Part shown: positions 52,861 to 64,000 of the stretch, in pieces
How positions within the stretch are numbered: position 1 is the first letter of the stretch
How the letters are laid out: every line of letters begins with the position of its first letter
Source of the DNA: Octopus sinensis
Lineage: Eukaryota
DNA: 64,000 nucleotides
Assembly: GCF_006345805.1 (NCBI RefSeq)
Contig: NC_043009.1
Location: 32,922,001-32,986,000 of the forward strand
Direction: 5' to 3'
Position numbers and translations under genes: made by a program
Notes under the pieces: model-generated
What the model was told of the DNA's origin: nothing
The model's database searches: none
Seen by the model: only the letters and a program-made list of their open reading frames with translations

Positions 52861-54042
52861 GACTGGAGTCTATAGGATTTAATAAGATTTTTATGGATGG
52901 TTTTTTTTTGGGGGGGGGCGGTCTACAACCTCTTTTTTTTTGTAAATGTGTCTACAATCATGCCTGCGGAACACTATGGAACGTAATAGCAATGTAATGA
53001 AATGCAAATTAGTGAAACGCAAACACGGCATCAACGGGATTTGAACTGTTAGGGACGTGGAATGAATCTCTGATTCCAAATTTTTCCCCTATATCTTGTA
53101 AACTATTATGTCTGGTGCCTTATTATCGGTGTTAAATTTCTTACACCCCAACAGATGCATATCGGTAGGCAAGTTGATCGAGTGCAAAACTGCATGTTTA
53201 ATGTGAGAATATTTCAGTAAACATTTGTGTATATACACACATATTTAGACGCATTCACAAGTACATATATATATATGCCTATGTGTGTCTGGTATATAAT
53301 ATATATTATATTATATGCATATATATTATATGCATGTATATAATATGCATATAAACATTTATATATTTGTTTGCATATACCTACATATAATGTGCATACA
53401 TATATGCCTATATATATATATATATATATATCGGCTTGTCTCCACATGCTCGGATGTGCGAGCGCTTTATTTTGTTTTTGGTTTTATTCAGGCGGAGCAG
53501 GAAGGTTAATGTGCAAAGTTGTGTGTTTATGCGTGTTTGTAAATAATTGCACTCATAGATAAAACAACAAATATATAAATATTTGCACATGCTAGAAAAA
53601 AGTATTAACATTTACAAGCAGAAAGATCCGAGTACAAAACTATAGATATTACAGATAAGCAAACATCACGCAGATAATGGATTAATTCATTTACTTTGAA
53701 TAGAAAAAAATGTTGTAGTTTGATAATAGATAGCATTTACGAAACAGTGAAGAGTAAAAGTATTTATACAAGAAGCATGTGTTTGCTTTGTTAGACTATT
53801 GGATCGTGTTGTATATCGTATGTGTAATTTGTGGATAGATTTTATATCTGCCCGAGGATATTTAATCCATATACAAAGAGATAATGTCCAAACAGTTCTG
53901 GCGAATGGAAAAAATATCACTCTCAACTTTAATTCAATAATATATTGTATAAATATTACTTATCGCTTAAATGGAGATGATCTAAATATGTAATTTTCTA
54001 AAGAATGTAATAGAATGAGAGCCAAACATAGTTATGAGCAAA

Positions 54043-54105
54043 TGACGCCATTGTTTCGGTAGGTCACGTGACTAACCGTCCGGCAAGAATAATGGCGAAA
54101 CAATG
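54043..54105. promoter_or_regulatory. candidate bidirectional promoter-like module: two divergent ATGGCG (YY1-like) sites around a GTCACGTGAC E-box
   Basis: TGACGCCATTGTTTCG-GTAG-GTCACGTGAC-TAACCG...AATAATGGCGAAACAATG; motif reading only. Confidence 0.3.
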
Positions 54106-54635
54106 TTTGAAAATGTATTATTAATTAGAAGTTGAATTCTGATTATTATAAGCATACACTGAATTACAGTTTTAATAATAAATAAGTTTTCATCTCAGGA
54201 AATTATTCGCTTCCAATGAGTTCATTCCTCAAATAAAAAATAATTCTACAGAATTCTACAAGGAACTTCATTGCGACAGTTCTTTCAACCACTTCTGTTA
54301 GTAGAATTCTTCAAATCATTTTGATATAGGGTTTGGGGGGGGGCATTTAAGCCAGAAATAATTTTCCAAGCAGTTGCTAAACAGACATAAATTGTCACCA
54401 AGATGTCATAATAAATGAGAATTATATTGTGACTTACGATTTTTAAGTGTTTACTCTTTTTCTGCTTTTGTTTGGAGCAAAATGCAATGCCTACAACATT
54501 TTGTGGCCCTTTGAAACAAAATCTCGACTATTTTCTGTAGTTGAATTCATTGATAAAACAATACCTACTTTGTTTCTCGATTCTAATACCGTTTCGTATT
54601 CGTTTTCTTTTATTTCTCTCTCTCTCTCACTCTCT

Positions 54636-54682
<47 letters not shown>

Positions 54683-56659
54683 GCTGCGATATCGCGAGTG
54701 AAGTTAGAAAGTATAAGATCCCTGGCTTCTACATCTGTAGAATGCTTTCTGCTGTGTAACAGAATTGGGTCTCAACTCACGAGTGCCGTTGATGGGGTTA
54801 CTCTAAGAAAACAGGGTCGAAACAAATACTGCCAGGTGTCTCAACCGACCCCCTTTCCTTCCTCCAATCCACCGCCTTGGATTTGCCTCTGAACGGATGA
54901 AAAAGTTATCTAGACCACTACCACAATGTATCGAGTAAGGCATTCTTATAATTCTGCTAATCCTTCAGCCTTGACCAATCTATGTTTAATCTTCTCCGAA
55001 AAGACGAAAAGCAAATTTGACCTCAGTGAGATTTGAACTTAGAGCGCAGTATCTTCACAAGCAGCTTGAGGTATTTCTATTCAACACTCTAACAGTTCAC
55101 CGACATTAATTTGTAGGGAGGTGCCAAGATTGTTAGAACATTTCCAAACGCAGTGAGGACTGAAGGACACTCAATGCGTATTATACTAGCTATGGGATAT
55201 AAATAACATATCTATATAAATACTTGAATATTCTTCAGATAAAGCGTAATCTTTTTCTTGCTTCAACCATTAGACCGCGGCCATTCTGGGGCAAGTTTTC
55301 TCTGATACTCTAGCCCTACGAATATATTAGTTACTCATAAAGTTGGTAAACAAAACTTCATGTTATTTCCAGTTAATGCTAAACACAAAAAGTACCATAT
55401 TTTATAGTAACCTACACCAGCAGTAGAGACGGTTTTCTATTACCCACACATCCTACAGAAATAAATCAACATAATACAATCATATTTCGGTCTGTTGTAT
55501 AAATCACCCGAACAGATATCTTTCTGATTAAGATACATGGACTCGTGCGTCCTATACAATGTCACGCTGACAGTAAACGCCAGTTTATATGCAAGAGTTA
55601 CACTGAGTTGTGGTATCTGGTACAGTTTGTAAACAAACGCGTTGACAAATATTCTTTACTGCAGTAAGTTAAATCCGTTGAAATCTTTCCTCCCGGTAGA
55701 AAACCGAATGTTTTCAATTTCTGAGGCCTCAGTGTAGTCAGAATAATGTTTAGAAGGATTTAACAGCCATTATTTCCAAGAATGCAGTTTCAGCTAAATC
55801 TTGTATTAGGTATTGCAACAGAACTCATAATAAATGCTGACTGATTATAAAGATTTGGCTTTAAATATTTTTGCAATGGGATCATCTATAATCTCTTCAA
55901 ACAAATATCCTAAATTATTTTGAATTGTTATTATGAAATGTATTTGTTTTGCTTGTTTCGTTGGTTTGTATTTTTACTTTAAAATACCCATTTCCAATTG
56001 CATCGAGCAAAGCAAATTCAACTGCTTACTTAAAAGCATTATAGATATATACAATTAAAATAAAAGATATACCATTAAAATAAGAATACACACCATTAAA
56101 ATACAATATACACCATTAAAATATAAACGATTTTACGTCATATGTAAACAAACATCAGTTTGTTTTTGAAACGCTGAAATGTATTGTAGCACAATTAGAG
56201 AGATATACCTTTCAACGCGTAAATACATAGCTGGTTGCTGACAGATTTTTCTGCTCTATAAGGATTTTATCCTATATATGCTGCTCTATCAGTATTTACT
56301 CGTCGAAAAACACTTCTTTCTGCTTGTGCTATATACGATTTGATTTACATAAGAGTAGAAGATAAATTAGCAGTATCAATAAGGCAAGGTTTTAAATATT
56401 TGAAGCTTTTAGTTATACTCATATGAACCATGAATTTTGTATTTCGTAGAAGAGGTCCATCAGGTAATTACCAGTCCTGTGCTTGGATATATTCCGTCGG
56501 CTGCTCCCTCTTATGTAATTTACAAAGTCTTTCATTCATGAGAAGCATCACTATATATCTCCAATGTTTCCGTATATTTGATCTAAAGATTTTTTTATCA
56601 TTAGGTCTCATAGTATTCACTTCTATCCTTCCATTCACTTCTATTCATATGTATTGATG

Positions 56660-56880
56660 CAAGAGCGATGGAATATCAATAGATAAAGCATCGAACAAAA
56701 TGCATTATAGAATTCGTTTCGTCCCGTTCTTTCCCACTCTGAGTTCAAATCCTGCGGTAACCAACCATTTTCATCCTTCTAGAGTCCATGAATCAAAATA
56801 CCAGTGAAGTACAGAGGTCGATTTATCAACTAACTCTCCCTCCCCACCTCTGATTACCGGGTTCATGTCTGCCTATATTT
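56660..56880 (+). mobile_element. degenerate SINE family A
   Basis: CTCTGAGTTCAAATCCTGCGG...TTTCATCCTTCTAGAGTC...TACCAGTGAAGTACAGAGGTCGAT. Confidence 0.6.
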
Positions 56881-57570
56881 GATATTATAGCTGCTGCAAC
56901 AAAAGGTCGTGGTAGCTATGATGTTGCTTGTTACTATGATGTATGGGTGTGTGGCATTAATGGAGAGGGAACGGTCATAATTCTTTCATTGCATAATTCA
57001 TTCTTGGAGTCTATAATGATTATCTTACCACTGTTGCTGACATTTTAATATAGAAGTTTAGGTCAGTTTTAGCTGACCACATTAAGATCATGTTAGTGTA
57101 ATGTTAAAGAACACTTATTGCATTGGTTAATTAATCTTGTTTAATTAATTTCATTGTTCTTAGATCTGTGCTAACTAGACCAATACTGGTAGTAAATTAT
57201 GGCTTGGGCTACTTTCTCGTTTCCAAGATTGAAATTCAATACAGAATTTACATCAATCTTACACTGTTATATAAATGTATGATATATATACAGATATGAA
57301 ATCTATACAAATAGAAGAGAATTTAATGAAATTAAAATCAATTTTTATGTCACCAAACAGGGCTTGAATTTGGAACGAAACTCGTTTATTGAGTTCGTTC
57401 ATTGATATTGTGCATAGTATACATATTATTAATTATGATAGCAGAAGGACGTAGATTGCTGGAATCTCAGAGCAACGATTTCAATGCATTTGAGCAATTA
57501 TATTCTCTTATATTGTTAGAGACTTCTTAAAACTCCTTCAGTCGAAAATCGTCATAGTGAATTTGCGCGC

Positions 57571-57641
<71 letters not shown>

Positions 57642-58140
57642 TGTGTGTTTGTGTGTGTTTGTGTGTGTGTGAGATTAATCTATTTTCCATACTGGGTAAC
57701 CTTTTGGTAGCATTTATTAAGTATAGTATATAATAATAATATGCGTTTTGCATGTAAGAGTGTTCAATAGTTCGAGATGAACCTTTGAGCAAAACGAAAA
57801 TGTCCAAATATTGATAGACATCTGACTCCATTGCGACCAAAATACCACCTGAAGACTATTCAGAAGTCGACAATCTATTCAAGTATTCTGAAATGCAGAC
57901 AGTGAGCAAGACTGTTGGATATTAAAGTGACACCAATCCAAATGGCCAACCCTTGGGCACAAGAGTAAAATGAAACCCTACTTTGGCTTGCAAATCTGCT
58001 TTACTTTAAAAAGCCCTCATTTGTACAATCTGCATGGAACGTAATGCACCTTCAATTCGATAGCATAATTAGTAGAGTAAATATCTACAGAAGTTATACA
58101 CACATATGTTATACAATTCTCATTCAATGAAATACTATAG

Positions 58141-58468
58141 TGGGTCTCCGTCGGTTACGACGACGAGCGTTCCAGTTGCTCCGATTAACGGAACAGCCAG
58201 GTTAAGAAATTAACGTGCAAAAAGACTGAGCGCTCCACAGGCGACACGTACCATTAACGTAGTTCTCTGGGCACTTCAGCGTGACACAGAATGTGACAAG
58301 GCAGGCCCTTTTAAATACAGATACTGCTCACTTTTGCCAGCTGAGTGAAGGAGTAACGCGAAATAAAGTATCTTGCTCAAGAGATACAATGCACCAAGGA
58401 ATATCGAACTCACGACCTTACGACTGTGAGCCGAATATCGCCTAACAATTAAGCTGCGCACCTTCACC
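58141..58468 (-). mobile_element. full-length tRNA-derived SINE (separate family D)
   Basis: Reverse complement: A-box-like GCAGCTTAATTGTTAGG, B-box-like GTGAGTTCGATATTCC, then a TCTTGAGCAAGATACTTTATTTC core and a distinct 3' tail. Confidence 0.7.
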
Positions 58469-59399
58469 CCATAAAGTAACTCAATCAACATAACATGTAT
58501 TCAACATAACCCTCTCCTAGAAATATAATTTAACCAGCGCAGCTCATTCAATGCGTCAACAATAGCCAATATAAAGTACAAAACCGACGCTCACCACCAG
58601 GAGACGCAACACATTCCTTACTCCACCAACAACCACGATTTATACACAATCATATTCTACATAGATACATTCTAATAAAATATCAGAATCTGCACATTAC
58701 ATATATTATGAAAGATATCAAGACCACGAGGACAGATTCTACGAATGAGGCTTTCGGAAATTCGTTGTGAGATTGTATAAGAAATACAAAAATGTCCGTT
58801 TTCAAAGTAAATCCAAGCCACCACGAAACATTGTGCACATGCATCGGTTTCTCCTGGCAAGTCATGCTTTATTTTATCTGTCAGCCTTTTGACGTGTGAA
58901 TACTTCATGGGCATAAACACTAGCTGAAGTGAAACGGTTAAGTGTTCCAACCTAAGCACACCTGACACCCAGAGACAATCATTCAAATCACCTCTCTCCT
59001 TAACCAATTACATAGCCACCTGACTCTCCATAAATTTATTTATCTATCTATACACTTATTTGTTTGTCGATCTATTTATTCATTTATCTATCTAAATACT
59101 TATCCCTCTATCTATTTTGTCAACTACTATCTTTTCGTGTTGTTGTTTTGCTCGATGTCATCTCCAATTGAATAAAGCTATTATCAAAGATGTTCCAACC
59201 ATGGTCGTCTCGTCTTTTACTCAAGCACAGTATATCAAGATGAACATTAACCAATGCAAAACTCTTCCACTTCTTAAAACGCCAGCCTCTGATTTGAGAG
59301 GGATTTTGCTGTTACTTCTTACAAGTCGAACGACCGCACCGAGGTTTCGCCGTCGCTAAAAATAACAAAAAGAATCTCTTTATTGTCAAACAATCTCTT

Positions 59400-59800
59400 A
59401 AAAGATTTCATTTGTCTTTGCATTATTCAGCAAAACTTGGTGCAGTCTACCTATTTAATTTTACTTTATGCTACTTTTTATCTTCTTCCTTTCTAAAACT
59501 GCTGAAACATTTAGCTTTGCAGATAGAAAACTAGTGGAACTTTTCTCTCTTCCTCTTTTCTGTCGAATAAACACAGCTGCATTTACCAATAGCTTTAAGG
59601 TTATCTACATACTCACCTCTGCTGATTCAACTTTACCATATTTATTTGTATTACAATTCTATTTTCGCATTATCGACGCCACCTGTGCTCTACGCTGCAC
59701 TTCCTGCAACGCTATTATCTCTCAAATTATCTTGCTTTTATTAGCTGCTCTTATAGTTTGTTCTTAAAATGGAGAAATGAAAATGCTGAAGCTAATTATA
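59400..59800 (-). mobile_element. decayed RTE-like apurinic-endonuclease N-terminal fragment
   Basis: Minus translation IIALQEVQRR matches the LINE APE I(I/L)xLQExR motif. Confidence 0.5.
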
Positions 59801-59935
59801 CTAACAGACATACCAGGGCATCGGACTTCATCTGCTTCTTATTTACTTCACTTAGTTTTCGCACTCTTTCCACCAAATACCTAATTTTTTCAATTCCTCT
59901 GACAAGCATTTAACTGTCCATAACGTTATCTACTT

Positions 59936-59971
<36 letters not shown>

Positions 59972-60589
59972 CACTTTATCTATCGATCTATCTATCTATC
60001 TATCTATCTCTCTGTTAGTCTGTCTGTCTGCCTGTCTATCTGTCTCTTTTCTGTCTGTCTGTTTGTCTATCCGTCTATCTACCTGTCTCTTAGTCTATCT
60101 GTGTATCTAGATTGCTGTATATACGAGTACGGTTGTCTGTGTCGTGCCTATGTCTTTACAAATGCAGAACTACATAAACATGCATGCAGATACACACACA
60201 TACACACATGCACACACATACACACACATATATATTTATACATACATACATATGTACGTACGTATATATACATATGTTGTGTTCTATGCCTTAAACCGAG
60301 CATAGGACCTGGTTCGCCCCTTTGGGCTGGGAAATGAATGGAATACCTCGTGAGTGTTTTGTTGTGCTTCCCCCTCCTAAAAAATGAGAAATAGGCGTGG
60401 GTATATATATATGTGTGTTTGTGTGTGTATATATATGTATTTGTATATATATATATATATCATTTTAACAGATTTATTTGCAAAAATTATATAAAAATAT
60501 CTTGAAATACACAAGAGTAAATTTATTTAATAAAATCGCCATTAGCTTCAAGCGCGGCCTTCAGATGACTTCGGAATCCCTTGCAACAC

Positions 60590-60770
60590 TTCTTTTTCTT
60601 GTTTCGGTCATTTAACTACGACCATGCTGAAGCACCGCTTTTAGTCGAACAAATCAACCCCAGGACTTATTCTAGCGGTCCAATTTGTCGAACCTCTACG
60701 TAAACACCAAAATCGGTGTCAAGTGATGATGAGGGATAAACACAGACACATAAATACATACATATATGAA
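60590..60770 (+). mobile_element. SINE family B fragment with internal deletions
   Basis: CCATGCTGAAGCACCGCTTTTAGTCGAACAAATCAACCCCAGGACTTATTCTA; homologous to 32375-32435. Confidence 0.7.
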
Positions 60771-61379
60771 TGAGCGTGGTTATTAAGCTTTCACTTTTAT
60801 ATCATATTATGGAAGATTTTAAGGAATATTTTTGTGTGACGTAAAGGTTTGGTCGCTGTTTAGTTGCATATTTAGGAGTGGATTATAGATTTACTTAAGG
60901 AATTTATTTACCGATACTGTTGTACATGTGAATAAATGTGGTGAAAGTTGTGGTTTCTTTCGTATGTTTGTTCCCAAATAACAATTATTTTAGTGCCATT
61001 GACACCGCCGGATAGAATGGTATTGCCTAACTGTGGAAACCATAATGATATTCGTGTGGCAGCTGATGATGGAGGTATGTTGGATTGTTGATATGGCTGT
61101 TTTTGCATAGCGTCATAACATTATAACACATCCTTTTGATGCGTCGAGAGAAAGTGAGAGAGAGACAGATTGTTATTGTAATTATCATTTCAGGGAAAGT
61201 CCTTAAATCCAAGAATGTAATGAGAATCATGTTGCCTTCTAGGTATGTGGATGTGTTTGTTTGTGTATTCATGTGTGTAGTGTGTTTGTGTAGTGTGTGT
61301 GTGCAGTGTGTCTGCAGTGTGTGCGTGCGCATAAGTGCGTATGTATCTATGCATAGATGTATGTATGCAAGCATGTATG

Positions 61380-61450
61380 TATGGATGGATGGATGGATGG
61401 ATGGATGGATGGATGGATGGATGGATGGATGGATGGACGGACGGACGGAC
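61380..61450. repeat. (TGGA)n/(CGGA)n microsatellite
   Basis: Direct reading. Confidence 0.97.
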
Positions 61451-62491
61451 GCATGTGTCTACTGTATAATTCTTCAAAACCCAGCGCCAGCATTCCAGAT
61501 TTTCTTTGCTACTACTGGCGAAAATAAGGAAAGTGAGAAGTGGGTATTTTCAATAAAGAACTTGCATTATTCGTGCAGAATTTAAAAACCCACTACTCGA
61601 AAACCCATTGGCAGTGTAGCGAATAGTGAAGCTTGGTCTGCACAATCTATAAACATGTAATGTCGATCAGACGCTGGTGTTCATTAGTCACTAGCAGAGA
61701 CAGAAGTCCAATGTATAATTTCGTTCAAGTGCACAGTGTTCTTAGAGGTCAGAGATGGTCTTCCACGGTCATGAGTGCGCAGCTATCATTATTATCTTAT
61801 AATCATAGAAGACCATTTCTAACAATACCAATTTTTTTTAAACATAAGAATCAAATAACGGACGAAAGTGTTTGTATTCCTGTTGGATGTCACTCGCCCT
61901 TATCACATGCATAAAATCACGTACGTCGCTTAATCACTTTCCCTTGTCGATAAATTCATAGCCTTATGTCATTAAGACGACATGTGATATGTACGAGCAG
62001 AGTAACTGCTGGTAAAAATTTGTACAGGTTCTACATACAAAACATGGCGCAACATCAATTTTTCAAATCGTTTTCTAACCTCAGCATAACATTATCTGAT
62101 AGATACGCTGACGTAGCCTTCTCCCATTACACTGTAAATATTGGCATATCAACTGTACGGCAACTAAGTGATTTGATGTATTTGCATGTCACGGCTGCAA
62201 AATACCAAAAAACTTGTTATTCTGTCTCCGTGAACTTCAGAATTAATCAGGTCTTGTATAATCATCAATCACCGTTCTAATGTCATTTCCTTTTTCTTCG
62301 ATACACTGTTGCCCGGCTTCTAGTTCTTTATATCAACACCCACACGCACACACACACGCAACACACACACACGCGCGCGCACACACACATGCAACTTTGT
62401 TCTGTATGCATGTATGTATGCATTATACATGTGTGTATGTATATAATCATTTGTATGACAGAATCAGTAAAAATATCTGTGTCTGTGTATG

Positions 62492-62540
<49 letters not shown>

Positions 62541-62581
62541 ATCTATATATCTATCTATATATATATATATGTATGTATGTA

Positions 62582-62616
<35 letters not shown>

Positions 62617-62635
62617 CATGAATGTTAAATGCAGA

Positions 62636-62685
<50 letters not shown>

Positions 62686-63765
62686 GCACACACACACACG
62701 CACATGCTCAAACAGGAGTGCGTGTGTGTGCGTGTGTTGGCTTCTATTCATCCACAATGCGTACGTTCACTCATCTAAACGTATCCACGTGTCTGGTTGT
62801 AGCTCTCCAAAAAATCAATAACAACAGTTTTAAAACAGCTTACCTCTATAATTCCCTTGACATGACCTGCTTTTTTTTATCCCCCTCCCCCTCTATTTCT
62901 GTCTGTTTGTATTGAACTCTCTTTTCTCGTTCTTCATTTCTTTTCAAAGCTCTTATCTCACTTATTCTCTCTTACTCTCTCTTACTCTCTCTCTTTCTGT
63001 CTCTAAGTTCCACTTTTCTACCACATTCCTCGCTCTCCGCCATAATCAACAACAACAACATCAACAACAACAGTAACAACAATGATATCAAATATAATGA
63101 TTACCACGAGTTCAATGCTAAGATCAAAGCGGTATCAACAGCAAATATCGCTATTTCAGATGCAGATGATTCTATACCAATAAATTCGAAATAATGTAAC
63201 AATGATAACTTTGTTGTTGCTAATATTGCACTTTTTACAGCAATAATAGTTTCTTTCTCTTTCTTTCTTTTTTTAATTGCCTTTTGCTGCTGCTGCTGCT
63301 GCTGCTGTTACTGCTACCACTGCTGCGGATGCTGTTGTTCGCGGTGCCGCTCTTGTCTTCCGTGTTGCTATTATTGTAACTATAATTACAGAATAAATAT
63401 TGTTGAAATATTGACTCCTTTTCCCTAGGCACAAACCACTTCTCCAGTCAGATCTAAGCAAAAAGACACATAATCAAAAACCACTCCGGCCATGACCATC
63501 ACATGCAATTTTTCTTTCCAACATCATATTTAGATCGGCTTTTTCAAATTCGTTATTTTCTTATAAAAACAGGGTGTGATTCGATGGACCTTTCACACTT
63601 CTTTGACCTATGACACTTTGACCTTTGACACTTCTTGCTGCTGTTATTATTGTTGTCTTCGGGGTTTAGCCCTCTGTGCCTTCTGAATGTGTAGACATAT
63701 GTTCTGAATCTTTCCAGCTCTGACCATCTCGTCTTTTTACGTTATCTAATATTTTCCTCGCGTTA

Positions 63766-64000
63766 GGCGGCGAGCTGGCAGAATCGTTAGCACGCTGGGC
63801 GAAATGTTCGTTTTTAGCGTCTTGTGGGTAGTAAAGAAACAGGTATTTTGTCTACCGCTACGTTTTGAGTTCAAATTCCGCCGAGGTTGACTTTGCCTTT
63901 TATCCTTTCAGGGTCGATTAAATAAGTACCAGTTATGCACTGGGATCGAGGTAACCGACTTAATCCCTTTGTCTGTCCTTGTTTTTCCCCTCTATGTTTA
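63766..64000 (+). mobile_element. young tRNA-derived SINE (family A) with ~30-bp internal insertion; runs off the window end
   Basis: GGCGGCGAGCTGGCAGAATCGTTAGCACGCTGGGCGAAATG...TGAGTTCAAATTCCGCCGAGGTTGACTTTGCC; the best-preserved copy in the window. Confidence 0.9.

Noticed and set aside
56450-56463. 14-nt micro-exon candidate (TTTCGTAG|AAGAGGTCCATCAG|gtaatt) and similar isolated AG/GT pairs (5571, 8701, 42232, 43124)
   Set aside because: Such pairs are expected by chance in 64 kb, and no gene model links them.
58350-58468. tRNA-like A/B boxes here and in family A heads
   Set aside because: No complete cloverleaf; each is followed by a SINE body, so these are not tRNA genes.

Overview
AT-rich eukaryotic DNA, saturated with microsatellites ((TA)n, (CA)n, (GATA)n, (TAA)n, (TAC)n, (GAT)n), with one 100-N scaffold gap at 32644-32743. 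The repeat content, especially the tRNA-headed SINEs starting GGCGGCGAGCTGGCAGAATCGTTAGC, suggests an octopus or other coleoid cephalopod genome; that assignment is recalled family resemblance, not a database result. I found no confidently identifiable host protein-coding gene, rRNA, tRNA or CRISPR array, so the window reads as intergenic or as a large intron. Nearly all ORFs in the supplied track are microsatellite artefacts or transposon fragments. Recognisable elements: R4/Dong-like RLE retrotransposon pieces (five, several next to (TAA)n), two L1/Tx1-like pieces, RTE-like and CR1-like LINE fragments, a Tc1/mariner transposase fragment (likely DD41D), two copies of a Helentron/DINE-1-like element in opposite orientation, two TA-flanked fold-back MITEs, and many SINEs. 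The most interesting signal is at 49.98-52.4 kb: a hammerhead-ribozyme core inside a ~336-bp direct-repeat unit, plus a ~270-bp tandem duplication carrying a decayed hammerhead-like motif. Both resemble Penelope pLTR or non-LTR retrozyme relics and are probably inactive as written. Also noted: a symmetric YY1/E-box promoter-like module at ~54.05 kb and several weak candidate exons or pseudogene frames.
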